This document shows, in pieces, positions 1 to 13,171 of a DNA stretch of 64,000 bases. The notes under the pieces were generated by a model, which was not told the DNA's origin, did not search any database, and was given only the letters and a program-made list of their open reading frames with translations. Each line of letters begins with the position of its first letter. Position 1 is the first letter of the stretch. A program made the translations under genes and the position numbers. The DNA is from Massalongia carnosa (taxonomy: Eukaryota), in the NCBI GenBank assembly GCA_965645245.1, contig OZ287068.1, forward strand, positions 1,612,001 to 1,676,000, in the 5' to 3' direction.

Positions 1-618
1 GATTTTATTATTTATCAAACAACTGTTCCAAATTGATATTTGCTACTATTATGCAATTAAAATTCGGACACGGCTATTTTCGATCTTATTTACAGCGATT
101 GATAGATTATAATTCGTCAAAATGCACAAATCGATGCAATCAACGACAAACGCCAGAACACTTGTTATTGAATTGCATTCACTATTTCGATGAAATTCAA
201 AACATGAAACAAAATATCGATACTACCATCAACTTGAATATGTTGTTTAATACAAAAATCGGAAATGACATTTTGATTAAATTCATTGTCAATAACAAAA
301 TCGCGACAAGAAAATGGATACTAGGTCAGCTTGATGACGAGATTTTCGAAACTGGAGGTTGGGGAGAGATCGAACAGTAAAATCAGAAACGATTTATGCT
401 GAAACATTCACGAACTTACAAAGACAAATTTTAAAATCGATATTCTTCTATTACTATAGGTTGTTACTAACACGGAGTAAAAATGGGGAAAAATTGACAA
501 TACATAGATGGGTTATAAAGGGTTGGTTTATTTGTAATATAGAAACATATCCTAAAATAGTTTAGTGTCATAACCTTAGGTTGAATACACTTAATGAATA
601 AATAAAAAAATAAAAAAA
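1..618 (+). mobile_element. 3' end of Tad1-like LINE (family A): ORF2 C-terminus, 3' UTR and A-rich tail
   Basis: ORF 33-380 is highly similar to the C-terminus of ORF 10838-13171 (C-x3-C...H...C knuckle, ends ETGGWGEIEQ); same 3' UTR ending TTAGTGTCATAACCTTAGGTTGAATACACTTAATGAATAAATA. Confidence 0.92.
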
Positions 619-1920
619 CATTGCATGCAGCCATTAGATGTCGGCGTATTTCAGCCCTATAAACACTGGCATCAACAGGCTATTGAGGAGAATGTTGCAT
701 CGTCATTTGTCGAGTATTTCCTGACTCGGTTTCTTCAGGATTTGATCAAAATTAGAAACTAGACATTCAAAGCTTCTACAATCCGACATGCATTTGAAAA
801 TTCGGGAATCTGGCCGGTCAATCCAGAAGCATGCATTCGTCAGCTGAAACAATTCATTCTCGACAATTCTAGTCTGAACAATTCTGATCTGACTGATTAG
901 CCCTCACTTCCTCTACCTCGTCAAATTCAACCTAGGGATATAGTCGACATAGAACATGGATTGCGTCAATGGGGGTCAAAAATTCAAGAATCTATGCAAT
1001 AAAGTGATCCCGCCCGAGCAGGGGAATTTGATTCTTTTATATCTGGTACGAAAGAGATCATTTCGAAGTCTATACTCGGACAAGCGGAGCTTGAAATATA
1101 TCAGCAGCAAAGAACGAATTAGCTAAACAGCAGACGAATATCTCGTAAAAGATTGAGACCTGAAATCGGAAGATAGGAATAACCGCTGAAGATGCGAAGC
1201 AAGCTATAGCCATGAAGCTACAAAAGATCAGGAAATTGAGAAGAAGAAGGAGAATAATAACTTCATGAAGCTGTGAAGAACGGAAAGAGATGAAATTCAT
1301 GTCAAAGGGGTGACTGCTCGAAAAGTAGAAAGGGATCGAGTCAAACGACTAAAAGAGATGCAGAAAGGGCTCGGTGCCATCTCAGTTGAGATGTATGAGG
1401 AGATTCCTGACCCCGAGGCATTATGGAAAGCGACGAATGAGGTGTGGATAGCTGAGGAAGCGAAAAAAGATGCCAAAAAGAATCCATCTGCAACTGCTCG
1501 TGCCAATGTTGAAGAAGACGTCACATTTATTGTAGATGAGACTGAAGCTAGAAATGGAGGCATTTCGAACATTTCGAACATTCCGGACATTCCAGAAGAA
1601 GAAGCATGGCTACGAGATGATTTTATGTCTTTCGATCCAGGTTTCCAATCGGGAGATGCTTCGACTTATGAGGGGGATGCGGGGTATGCGGGGTATCAGG
1701 AAGATCAGAATAATCAGGGTGGTCAGGGTGGTCAAGGGGGACAGGGGGGTCAGAGGGATGATTTTAATGACGGCTTTGATGATGACGATGCCTTTCGAGC
1801 TTTGTATGAAATTTAGAATCAATAAATCAATGTGGTTGAGGGTAAAAGGTGAAAAATGGTCAAAATTTCAGTTTGAATAGATGCAAATCGCTTTCCGGAT
1901 GCAAATCACTTTCCCCGACT
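619..1920 (+). mobile_element. 3' half of degenerate Fot1/pogo-type DDE transposon
   Basis: Translation from 619 gives HCMQPLDVGVFQPYKHWH (DDE_1 motif); stops and frameshifts follow; ends in TIR-like sequence with internal direct repeat ATGCAAATC(G/A)CTTTCC at ~1880-1920. Confidence 0.75.
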
Positions 1921-1967
1921 AGGAGGCGACGGCCTCCGAGTCGGATCCTACTAAGCGAGCCGACGAT

Positions 1968-2711
1968 TACAAGAATTCCCGTCGACGTCATGGAATTCCT
2001 GCAAATTCCAGAGTCATCGTTGATGATGAAGAAGAAAAGCTTCCATTTCCCATGCCCATCGTGGAATATAACCAGCACATGGGCGGGTCAGATGGGAATT
2101 CTCAGCAAAGAGCATATTATTCACCTCAAAGATCTGATCTTCGCTACTGGTGGTCAATTTTCATCTTTCTTCTGGATGCAGCCGTTCTAAAATGCCTTCA
2201 AACTGTGGAGAATTCTGTATCCGAATTCAACACTCAGCCATTTGGACTTTCAAAAATAAAATAGTAAATGCCCTACTATCCAATCAAGCAGGTGCCCTAC
2301 GGAAACGTCCCACAGATGTCATAGTTACTACTAATCAAGACGTTAATAAAGACGTCGAGTCAACTTGCAAATGGGAGCATTTGAATGAGAAGGACGATTG
2401 TTTGGCCTGCAAAAGGCAAGTGCCAAGACTCAAACGACGCCGACCACTTGCGGAAATTGATGAAAATTGCACCAAAAGACGACGTGCAAGTCAGACCAGA
2501 TGGCAATGTAAGAGCTGTGGACCATGTTGCAAAAAGGAGGCATGTTAGGAAATTTTACATAGATCATGAGGGGTGATTGAGGTGTTGTACCCATTATCGT
2601 TGAAAAGGGAAAATCTGATTGGCCAGATTAAAGTTATTAGTCATTACCCGGAGACGGCGCGTGTAAAATTGAATATTACCTAAATGGCTGCCAAATTGCC
2701 AGACGAAAGGA
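1968..2711 (+). mobile_element. 3' fragment of piggyBac-like transposon, same family as 49887-52029
   Basis: Near-identical to the reverse complement of ~49887-50628; ORF fragments 2052-2264 and 2150-2548; terminal TGGCTGCCAAATTGCCAGACGAAAGGA followed by TA. Confidence 0.9.
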
Positions 2712-5645
2712 TACGTGAAATATACTGTGAAAATTTGTGCTTACGGAAGTTCCCGTAACCTTAAATGAGGAATGAACTTTAGAAAACTTTGATGTCGCGA
2801 TAGTAGTTGTCCAGTACCGCGAGAGTAGATATTTTTTGTAGATAATTCTTATAGTAGTAATTGAAAGTCTTGCGACAACAGAACAGAAGAAAACAAGAAT
2901 AAAGATCAATTTTTGGTGATGCTGTTGGTATTTGTTGTTTTTTCCAACTTCTAGAGCAGGCTTAATAACGTCGGTTGCGTGCGACCAGTAGAAAAACTCT
3001 GCTGGAGCTTTGCTAGAGCTCTCCTGCACTCAATCTGAGAGCGTTTTTGCTCTGGAGGAGCTCAAATGACTTAGATATTGAGTCTCAATTGACTGTTAAA
3101 GTTATAGATTATCAAAAGTTGCGGTACTTGTGTTTCAATAGGTGTACCCAATGACAATCATGCTATTATACCTACAAAGTCATAGCCGGAGCCTTCAAAG
3201 CTTCGCCCATAGCTGAACTTGAAGCAGAGACATTTATAGCCTCAATTGACATACATTTAGATGAACTACAGGCCTAGACCAGACAACGTCTGTGTCGAAA
3301 GGTCAAAAGAGTTTCATCACAAATGCATGCAACAAAATAGCTAATAAACTTCGAGGTCGGGCAGGACGCAAGAGGGCCCCATTCATCACTCCAGGAACGC
3401 TGAAATACGCCTGGTCCAAGAGAGTCACATCGGAGGCACATAACCCTCCAAAACCGACACCAAATCCACCATGGGCCGAATTCCCCCCGAATCTCGCCCG
3501 AGAAATAGGGGAGGCACGCGCCGCTCATAACAAAATAACTGCTCATATAAAAATACTACACGCATTTGCATTGCAGGCCTCGTGGAGATTATATCAGGAA
3601 TACACACCCGTTTACACCCCGGTACAATCAGGTTCTCTCGTTTCGAGTCATTCAAAAATTACCCGAAACGAAATTGCAGACAAAACAGCAATGACGGGCC
3701 ATAATCGAATCTTAGTGGAGTCCTCGGCGATAACATTTGATTATGTGAAAGAACAAATAAATCAAAATATGCTAACCGCATGTACTAATCAATGGCAACA
3801 TTTCAAATCAAAAGGCAAATATTACGAGAAATTCGAAATGAAACCTGGCAAATCGAGTTTTTATTATTTATCAACTGTTCCAAATTGATATTTGCTACTA
3901 TTATGCAATTAAAATTCGGAAATGGCTATTTTCGATCATATTTATATCGATTGAAAGATTATAATTCGTCACAATGCTCAAATCGATGCAATCAACGACA
4001 AACGCCAGAACACTTGTTAATGAATTGCATTCACTATTTCGATAAAATTTAAAACATGAAACAAAATGTCGATACACCCGTTTGCAAAATGGTGTGCCGA
4101 ACTTTGAACCCCGAAACTGCGCGGTAAAAAAAAAATGCGACATAATTGGACCACACATCAGAATTTGGTGCAGTAGCTAATAGCCCTCCTCCCTTTCACA
4201 CCACCTTTTGCAGTCTGTAGTATAAATGATATGTAGTGTTCTCATGTAGATCTTTATTCTTGCTACCTCGTAGTTTCAAAAGCAACCATGGGACGATCAT
4301 TCAGCATCATCAAACGCCAGGCTATAAAGTTCAGACTGGAATCGGGTGAAGATGCTACTGGTGTCAGCAGCAGACAACTACGTAAGATGAGACATAATTG
4401 GGAACATTTCAGTGAGGTTGCAAAACCTCAGCTTGCTACTGGCCAGCGCAAGAAAATGAATCAACAACAAATCGATCAACTACTCGTGTATCTGGATCAG
4501 AGACCTACCTCTTATTTGGACGAGATGTGCTAGTTTTTGTATGATGAATTTGATGTCTTGGTGAGCGAGTCTACGGTTTCTCGAACTCTTAAGCAGATGG
4601 CCTGGAATCGAAAGATGACCATTCGTATAGCACAACAACGCAACCAATCTTTGCGTGGTAAAGGTAGACGTGATGAAAGATCAAGAATACGGGCATTTAA
4701 AACTGGTGATGATGATCTAGGAGGATTGATCAACGATCAGCTTGCCACCTTCTCCACTCTTATGATACAATGGAAAAGCTTGATAGTAAACGATCTTGCA
4801 CTCGAGAGCAATGCAGTTAAATATTATTTCCTAAACAGTGCACCTGATATTCTGAGCTCTTTTCACCGCTGAATATCAGAACTCGATACAGATAAGACTC
4901 GAGACGGACGAGCCTACACCATCGGTCCTCCTCCTTCTACACCATCGGTCCTCACCACGGAGACGCCAAAGGCCTCACCGTGGGGCGACCGTCAAACATA
5001 GATTTGCTCCTATCTCTTCGCATCAAAACAATGCTAATTTAACGCGTTCACACGCGTCGCAGACGTACGTACGGAAGAGGATACGAAGGCCAACCGCCGG
5101 GGGGTAGAATGCGCGCGTCCCTGCACCATGCTTCTAAGGGTTCAAGTCCCTTCATGCAGTCATCAGCTGGAAGAAGAAGTGGACCAAAGGAGCCGCATCA
5201 TCCCCCACCCGGGCACAGTCGACACGCGTTCTAGCTCCTGAGAGTTCAAGTCTCCCCATGCAGTCATCAGCTGGGATCAACAGAACGCGTAAAGGCACCG
5301 GGGCGAATGCTGTCACCTCAAGAAAACTCCATCTCGGAGCAGAATAACAATATCCCATTTAATAGGCCCGGCCTGTTAAATAAAATCGAGGAAAACAAAG
5401 TCATCAATCACACGTTGTACAAAGCACACAGTCACAAAGCACACAGTCACAAACATACAGTCACAAACACACAGTCACAAAACACACAGTCACAAAAAAC
5501 ACAGTCACAAACCAATAACACGTCCCTGTGAAGGGGGTTCTGCGGGGGCTCGTTAAGACAGATCTGCACCCCGTTAATATCGGAGTACATATTTTTAGAG
5601 GTTCAAGTCCTTTCTAGCAGTCATCAGCTGAAAATAATGTATTTT

Positions 5646-6675
5646 TGTAATACGGATGGCGCTAGAGGGATACGTGCTCGCCTATGGCGGTTGCGGGATT
5701 AACTAGCGTAGACCATGCCGTAGGACAAAGTCGCATAAGCCGTCGAGGCTGACACACTGCCATCTTGCCCCGAAACTTCGGAGTTATTGTTATCACGTTC
5801 TTGACTACTTACAGATCAAACACCTGTCGAGGCCGTGGTGGTAGATTGCCATGGAGTGTAAGGCGGACTCCTGTGGAGACGCCAAGGAACTCTATATGGG
5901 ATCTACTGGCCTACTCGGAGCTACTGGATCTCTTGATGGTTCAAGAGAGGTAGCAGGAGGCACGGCTCGCTGGACGCAGCTTGAGCTAGGCTCCCTGGTG
6001 TAAACTTCAGCTTCAACCTTTATTACTACGTTGGTAGTGATGTCGGCTGAATGAACCTACATGACCTCGTTGTCTAGACCTTGTGTTTAGAGGCAGGTCC
6101 GCAGTGTAGCGAGGTATTCAGTCGGAGGTAACCTTCCATCACTAGGTAGTGGTGACGGCGAAATAAAGCTACATAGCCTGAGGCATGTAGTGAGGGATCT
6201 AGCCGGGGGTAGAATTGTTCTACCTTGCAAGGGAAGGTCTAGAAGGCTGCTCGAGGCTGACTAGATGATCCAGCGAACGCCGAGTTCGTGGATGGATCCT
6301 GAGGGATGGTTGGATGTAATGCGATAAAGTCGGATGTGGATTGCAAGGCTGTAATGCTCGCAAGACTCCCAAGGCTTGCAAGGCTCCTAAGGTTCCAAGG
6401 CTCCCAAGGCTATAGGCTTGGGGTGAGTAGGATAAATATCAGAACGAATCTTGTAGTATTCGTTAGCAATTATTCTTTATTCTATGAACAACCTACGTTT
6501 GGGTCTCGGACGAGATCTCTTGGTCTAAGTACTTCCACATCAATTAGTTCTTTGGATCACATATACTCTCGGAGACTAGCACGTAGTAGCTATCTTCCTC
6601 CTCTCACGCTGAGCATTTCCCCTTTCGAGATCAGTGTCGCTCGTGATAAGCTTACTGGTCTCGTAGCCCATTACA
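5646..6675 (+). mobile_element. Solo-LTR-like element, family L1 (1030 bp)
   Basis: TGTAAT...ATTACA ends; 5-bp TSD ATTTT at 5641-45 and 6676-80; near-identical inverted copy at 19985-21014; orientation label arbitrary. Confidence 0.88.
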
Positions 6676-7728
6676 ATTTTGACACGGGCATGGTGTGGAT
6701 TTGACACGGGTAGACCTCGATGGATCACAAAACGAATGAAAAGAGTTCAGCGGAACTTCGTTAATATTGTTCTCGAAGACCTCGTTAATAAGATTTTCAT
6801 AGACCTCGTTAACAACGTTCGGTCATACTCTTAAAGGTTCAAGTCCTTTCATGCAGTCATCGGCTGAGAGCTAAAGACGTACGACACGGGTCAGCTATGT
6901 CTATCACACGGGTCTCCTTCGTCTACAACACGGAGCCCTCCGGCTGAAAGAAATAAAACATATAGACACATAGTGTAGGGTCACACCCTACACGATACAA
7001 GGGATTTGGGTTATGAAAACCATCCGATTGATGGCTACAGTGAGCAACACGGCCCGAACCGGAGTCGTACCGGGGATGGTGGAGGCAACCTAGTCATCAA
7101 ATAGGACACCCTTGGGACAAGAAGAGGGCAATATACGAGGAACCCGTTAATTGATAACAGTCTAGGCCCTGAGCTAATAGACGAATTTCAAACGAGCACC
7201 CCTCCGAGTTGTCCTCGACTTGTTTTGGTTAGTAGGGACGGAAAATCGATACTATACTGCCTGGTCAGGAGCATAGCTGTCGAAATCCCTGCGAGACATG
7301 GTCGGTTCATAAACGGGAGACCTTTATGAATAACGCGAAGTGGGCGTAAAAAACCCGTGAGGCGTGGTATGCAATGGCGGCCACCGTACGGAGACCGTCT
7401 GCATAGCCCGAGAGGACAGTATGCGCATGTCGGTGTATATAGAGCAGGGAATGTCTATCTCGCTCGTAACGAGACCCGGTCGGTTCGCCGGCGCATGGGC
7501 TACGGCTAGACTCGCCCTTGATATATGCTTAAGGAGTAAACTGGGTTTGACCTGGGCGAAAGGGACGTCGTTCACCCCAATCGTAGAATTCATCAATAGT
7601 CTTGGGCCGTAAAACGCACCAGTGAGATGAATGAAAACTGGGATAGAGACTTCACGAAGAAGATGTCAACTCTATTTTATCATTCTTAGCCGGTGGCGTT
7701 GATAGGGAGCTCTCCCCGTCTTGAACCT

Positions 7729-9159
7729 ATGGATCAAACTCGCGAATATGCATCAGCCCCGTCCACACCGACATCAAAGGCAACGAAATTCCCATCGGGT
7801 CCATTTTCCACTATCTTGCCGATGCCTTCATTGAACTTAAACATTGGATCAAGCCCACCAATCAAACGAAATAAAAGACGCACATTTGACGAACATTCGA
7901 GAGATAGCCAAGAAGCGATCAATCGGGCAAATTCAATTGAGCTTCTAAAGTCGGCCAAAAAAGCATTATTGCAATCATTTGTACTGGACCAAAATCCACA
8001 AACGGCTATCGTAATTGACAACGTTAATTCGTTGATTTCGAATAAATCAATCAATTTACAAACATCCTTAGATATGATTAACTATAAAATGGGCATAGTA
8101 CTTGATCAAACTAGTCATCTTTCCTCAAAAACGTCACAACAACAAACGACTCCACTACAGAATGGTCCAAAAATCCAAAAACCTGTTGTTAAATTGAACG
8201 AAAATTCAATTATCGAAAATCAGACCATTCGCAAAGGAGCCACCGGGGTCTCTGGTAACAATGTTAGCACAACCGGTACATGGAGTCAAATGCTTGGAAA
8301 AGCAACCGAAAACTCCGAAAATTGGACTACTATTCAAAGGAAAAGTTCGAATCATAATTCGAACAAAGTCGATCGATTTGATGCAATCAAGGCCAGACGA
8401 CTCGTAATTTCACCGAAAAATCCTGACGCTCAAATCGACTCTATGAAGATGCGTGATCAAATTAACGAGCTATTAAAAAACGCAAATTTTAACATCATCG
8501 TCAATACTGTTGAAAAGTCCAAAACCGGTCAGAATATCGTTCTCACCACTAGCCCTGACAACAATGCCGAAGAATTGTTGAAAAATAAATCTTCATGGGA
8601 ACACATTTTCGAATCACAAAGAATTCGAAAAGACGAATCCTGGTTTAAAGTCATAGCACACGGAGTAAATATCTCGTTATTCGATAATAACATGCAATAT
8701 TTGCAAACCGAAATCGAAAAATACAATTCGAATATGCAACTATGCGATTTACCGAGATGGCTTGCTCGGGATCGTCAAAACAAAGTCACGTCGTCGGTAG
8801 TTTTGACTTTCAATAATCAAAATCAAGCGTCAAACGCGTTAAGAGGCGTGAATATCGCGGGTAGACATTGTGACACGGAAATATTTGCTTCCGTTCGTCC
8901 AAACACGCAATGTATTAATTGTCAGAAATTTGGACATAAGCATTATCAATGCAAAAGTCCGGCAAAATGCAATATATGCGCACAAAGTCATGAAACGCAT
9001 AATCATGAATGCACAACCTGCAAGTCTAAAATCGCATGCGCACATGCAATTCTGAAATGCGTCAATTGCAACAAAAATCATCAATCGAACGATATAGGTT
9101 GCGAAATGTTTATCTCGCTAAATCCTAGAAAATCGAATGATAAATTAATGCTTGGTTAA
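7729..9159 (+). CDS. LINE ORF1, gag-like nucleic-acid-binding protein
   Basis: Open frame with C-terminal zinc knuckles CINCQKFGHKHYQC, CNICAQSHETHNHEC, CVNCNKNHQSNDIGC; first ATG at 7729. Confidence 0.88.
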   Translation: MDQTREYASAPSTPTSKATKFPSGPFSTILPMPSLNLNIGSSPPIKRNKRRTFDEHSRDSQEAINRANSIELLKSAKKALLQSFVLDQNPQTAIVIDNVNSLISNKSINLQTSLDMINYKMGIVLDQTSHLSSKTSQQQTTPLQNGPKIQKPVVKLNENSIIENQTIRKGATGVSGNNVSTTGTWSQMLGKATENSENWTTIQRKSSNHNSNKVDRFDAIKARRLVISPKNPDAQIDSMKMRDQINELLKNANFNIIVNTVEKSKTGQNIVLTTSPDNNAEELLKNKSSWEHIFESQRIRKDESWFKVIAHGVNISLFDNNMQYLQTEIEKYNSNMQLCDLPRWLARDRQNKVTSSVVLTFNNQNQASNALRGVNIAGRHCDTEIFASVRPNTQCINCQKFGHKHYQCKSPAKCNICAQSHETHNHECTTCKSKIACAHAILKCVNCNKNHQSNDIGCEMFISLNPRKSNDKLMLG

Positions 9160-12100
9160 TGGCGGGACAACATTCGTTGACAAATATCGAAAATACACAA
9201 AATGTCAAATTTATTCAACATAATTGTGCAAAGTCAACGAATGCAATGATTTCGTGTCTGGAATATGCAGTATTAAATCGTGTTGATATTGTTTTATTTC
9301 AGGAACCATGGACGCGAGATCAAAAAACAATTTCCCATCCGTCATTCACATGTATTATGCCGAAAATAGCGACTTATCGGCCGAGAGTAGCTATATTCGT
9401 TACAAAATGCAATCCAAAATTACAATGCACGCCTAGAACGGATCTTATAAACGATACTGATCTGCAAATTATCGAAATTACAATTGATGAAGTTCGAAAA
9501 GTGCAGATCTTTAACCTTTACAATGAAAAAAGTCTAAACGATCGAGAAACATATACAATCGATCGACTTTTAGTTAAATATCAACCTATATCAACTGATC
9601 AATTTGTCATATGTGGAGATTTCAATGCACATCATAGCTGGTGGAATTCGAACATTCAAAATGCAATTCGATCAGAAAATCTAGTCAAATGGTTAAAATT
9701 AAACAAATGTAGTTTGATAAATACGCCTGATCTATATACATTTTTTGCTTATTCAGGAAACTCTTCATCTATTATTGATTTAACATTTGCAAATTCTAAA
9801 ATCGAAAACGCAATTACAAACTGGTCAATCGATGAAAACGCAGTCACGGGTTCAGATCATGAAGTTATTCGATTTGAACTTATCGCGTCTTTCAAGAACT
9901 TGACGTCACACGCAACCGCATTATCGAATAAATACAACTGCAATAAAGCCGATTGGGATAAATTCGCGAAGTTTCTAGACGAAAATGCAATAAACTACGA
10001 GTCCCATATACAAAGTCTATTGAACAATTATCAATTTGATGAATCAGCGTTATATTTGCAAAACGTTATCAAAAACGCGGCTGAAATGTTTATTCCGAAG
10101 ACAAAAATATGCGCAAAATCGAAAAATTGGTGGTCGCAAGATTTATCCGGACTTCGAAAAACATGTGTAGACATCGTCGAGAATGGAAGAATAATCCGTC
10201 CTATTTTAGTCATCAAACATTTAGACATAGTCGAATCGATTACTTTCATGCAATTCGAAAAGCGAAACAGCAAACTTGGTTGGCTTTCCTCGAAAACGCA
10301 GCGAATAAAGACGTATTTACAGCTTATAAATACACTAAACCGCGCATGTTCGAAAAAATACCACCTATTCAATATGAAAATAAGTTAAATGTTCAATTCG
10401 ATCACAAATGCGATGCGTTTGTGTCAGCAATGTACACAAAAAACCCGTTCACTGATGATAATATTGAAGATTTAACGAATCAAGACAGCGAAAATGACAA
10501 CAATTGGCCGAATTTAACAGAAAATGAATTGCAAAATGCGATTAGTTTGTTTAATCCAAAGAAATCATGTGGGCCTGATGCAATCAATTTCACAATAATT
10601 CAAAAATCGTTTCAACCATTGAAAAACGTGTTTTTTACTATTTATTCTTAATTTATACAAATCGGTTATCACCCGTTATGTTGGCGAACAGGACTCGGTG
10701 CTGATTTAAAAAAACCTAATAAACCAGACTACTCGCTGCCAAAATCATATCGAATTATTACCTTACTGAATTGTCTTGGTAAAATTGCGGAGAAAATAGT
10801 TGCTAATCGACTAGCCTACCTCGGCGAAAATTCGAGCTTGTTAGATACCGAACAAATGGGCGGACGGAAAAATCATTCTGCAATCGATGCGGTAATGAAC
10901 GTCGTTCATGATATCGAAATCGCAAACCGAAACAAAAACGTTTTATCATGTCTATTACTCGATGTCAAAGGAGCATTTGACTTTGTTTCGATTAATCAAT
11001 TGATAAATGTCATGAAAAAGCTGCATTTATCTCGCATAGTTATTCAATGGGTCAAGCATTTTATGACAAAACGATCGATCAATTTGATATTCGATGAACA
11101 CAAAAGCAAAACGTACTATATCGAATCTGGAATTCCACAAGGTTCACCAATTTCGCCAATTCTATTTCTGATTTATATTCGTTACTTATTTCCGAAAATA
11201 CGAATGAAATTCAATGCTCATTCACCTAGCTTTATAGACGATGTTGCAATATATGTCGAAAATAAAACTGCCACACAGAATTGCAAAGAAATCGAAATTA
11301 TCGTCAAAACAGCTTTTGATTGGGCCGCAACGAATAATGTCAAATTTGATGACGACAAATCTGAGTTGATTCACTTCGAAAAGTCAAGAAATGCATCAGA
11401 AGACAAAGTGCAATTACCAAACGGGACAATACTAGAACCGAAAAATTCTGTTAAATGGTTAGGAGTCTGGTTAGACCGAAAACTAAATTACAAAAAACAC
11501 GTCGAAACGCGAATTGCTTCTGCAAATCGATCGTTTTTCGCAATTCAAAATTTGATGAAGTCTGAATGGGGACTAAAGGCAACTGCATGCAGACAGCTCT
11601 ATTTGTCATGCATTATTCCTATTTCGGACTATGGCTCAAAAATCTGGTATAACGGTCAAAAGAAATATGAAAAGCTATTTCAGAATCTGCAAAATCGAAT
11701 GATTCGAAAGATTTTAGGCATATTCAAAACGACGCCTGTTCAGGCGATGGAAATTGAATCGCATATTTTACCAGCCAAGCTACGATTGTTGATGAAAAAT
11801 CAAAAATACGCAATTCGATTATTGAAGATTGCCGAAAATAATCCTATTTGTCAAAGAATTCCCAGTACCTATACGGTGAAATTTGAAAACATTGGTTTTG
11901 ACACTAGTTTATGGAACAACAGATATGCTGAATGGAACGAAGACGAGAAAAAATCGAGTAAACCTCATCCTAGTCAGCTTATCCGTATTCTTCATTCCGT
12001 TTCGGATATAGTTCACAAAACTGATGAATTTGAATCAGTAAAGAATTTCATCAAACCATGGAAGCCGTCTTGTAAAATCAAGTTCCAAATCGAAAGATCA

Positions 12101-13171
12101 AAAGAAACAGCAAAGTCAAGTTATTATTCGACTTTATCAAAAATTCAATCAATAAACGCCGATAAATCGCAAATTTTACTCTATACCGATGGATCAAAAA
12201 CCGAGTTTTCAACTTCCGCTGTCACATTTGCACCAATTACGCGAAATTGGAACAATTTTACCGATAACTTCAATCGTTTTATCGAAAAAGATTGTCTCCT
12301 CAAACATCATACGATTTCGAAAAGCTGGAAATTAAACAAACAGTCAAGCGTTAAAAACGCTGAACTGTATTCGATACTACAAGCAATAAAATGGGCATAC
12401 AAATTGACAATTGCGAATATTCTCTTCAATTTGGAAAAAACGATTTGGATTTTTTCCGATAGCATAAACGCGATAAACGAAATTCAGAACTTGACAAATC
12501 ATACTTACGCAAAACAAATTCGAAAATTCTCGAAATGCTTATTCGGAAATAATTATCAGGTGGTTCTACAATGGATTCCTAGTCATTCGAAAATCGTCGA
12601 AAATGAAATTGCAGATAAAGCAGCTAAAGCGGGACATAGTCGAATCCTAGTCGAGTCTTTGATAATAACATTTGATTATGTGAAGTGTCAAATAAACCGA
12701 AATATGTTAGCCACATGGGCGAATCAATGGCAACAATGCAAGTCAAAAGGCAAATACTATGAGAAATTCGAAATGCAGCCGGGCAAATCGAGTTTTTATT
12801 ATCTGTCGAATAATTGTTCTAAATTAATATTTGCAACTATTATGCAAATGAAATTCGGACACGGTTATTTTCGATCATATCTGCACCGATTGAAAGATTA
12901 TAATTCGTCAAAATGCACAGGGCGCTGCAACGAACGTCAAACACCAGAACACTTATTGATGAATTGTATACATTATTCAAATGAAATCCTAAACATGAAA
13001 CAAAATATCGATACCACAATTACTTTAAAAATGTTGTTTAATACTAGGATCGGAAATAATATTTTGATTAAATTTATTGTTGATAACAAAATCGCGACTA
13101 GAAAATGGATGCTAGGTCAGCTCGATGACGAAAATATCGAAACGGGAGGTTGGGGAGAGATCGAACAGTAA
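9159..13171 (+). pseudogene. LINE ORF2 (AP endonuclease, reverse transcriptase, RNase H, CCHC) with one frameshift (~10160) and one stop (10649-51)
   Basis: QHNC/LFQEP/GDFNAHH/GSDH (APE); LDVKGAFD, GIPQGSPISP, FIDD (RT); YTDGS, AEL, FSDS, WIPSH, NEIADKAAK (RNase H). Confidence 0.93.

Noticed and set aside
5136..5152. tRNA gene from the GGTTCAAGTCC T-arm
   Set aside because: No acceptor stem, D arm or anticodon arm around any copy
5131..6870. Hammerhead ribozymes on the minus strand (CUGAUGA...GAAA)
   Set aside because: No stem II pairing, no unpaired H17 consistent with stem I, GAAA is GAAG or GGGA in two copies, and the wobbles become C-A mismatches on this strand
6973..7010. Helitron 3' terminus at hairpin GTGTAGGGTCACACCCTACAC
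   Set aside because: No CTRR end or matching 5' terminus found; kept only as an alternative origin for the leader
5290..7570. HDV-like ribozyme near GGCGAATG (~5302) or GGCGAAAG (~7555)
   Set aside because: Could not build the nested double pseudoknot by eye; needs a descriptor search
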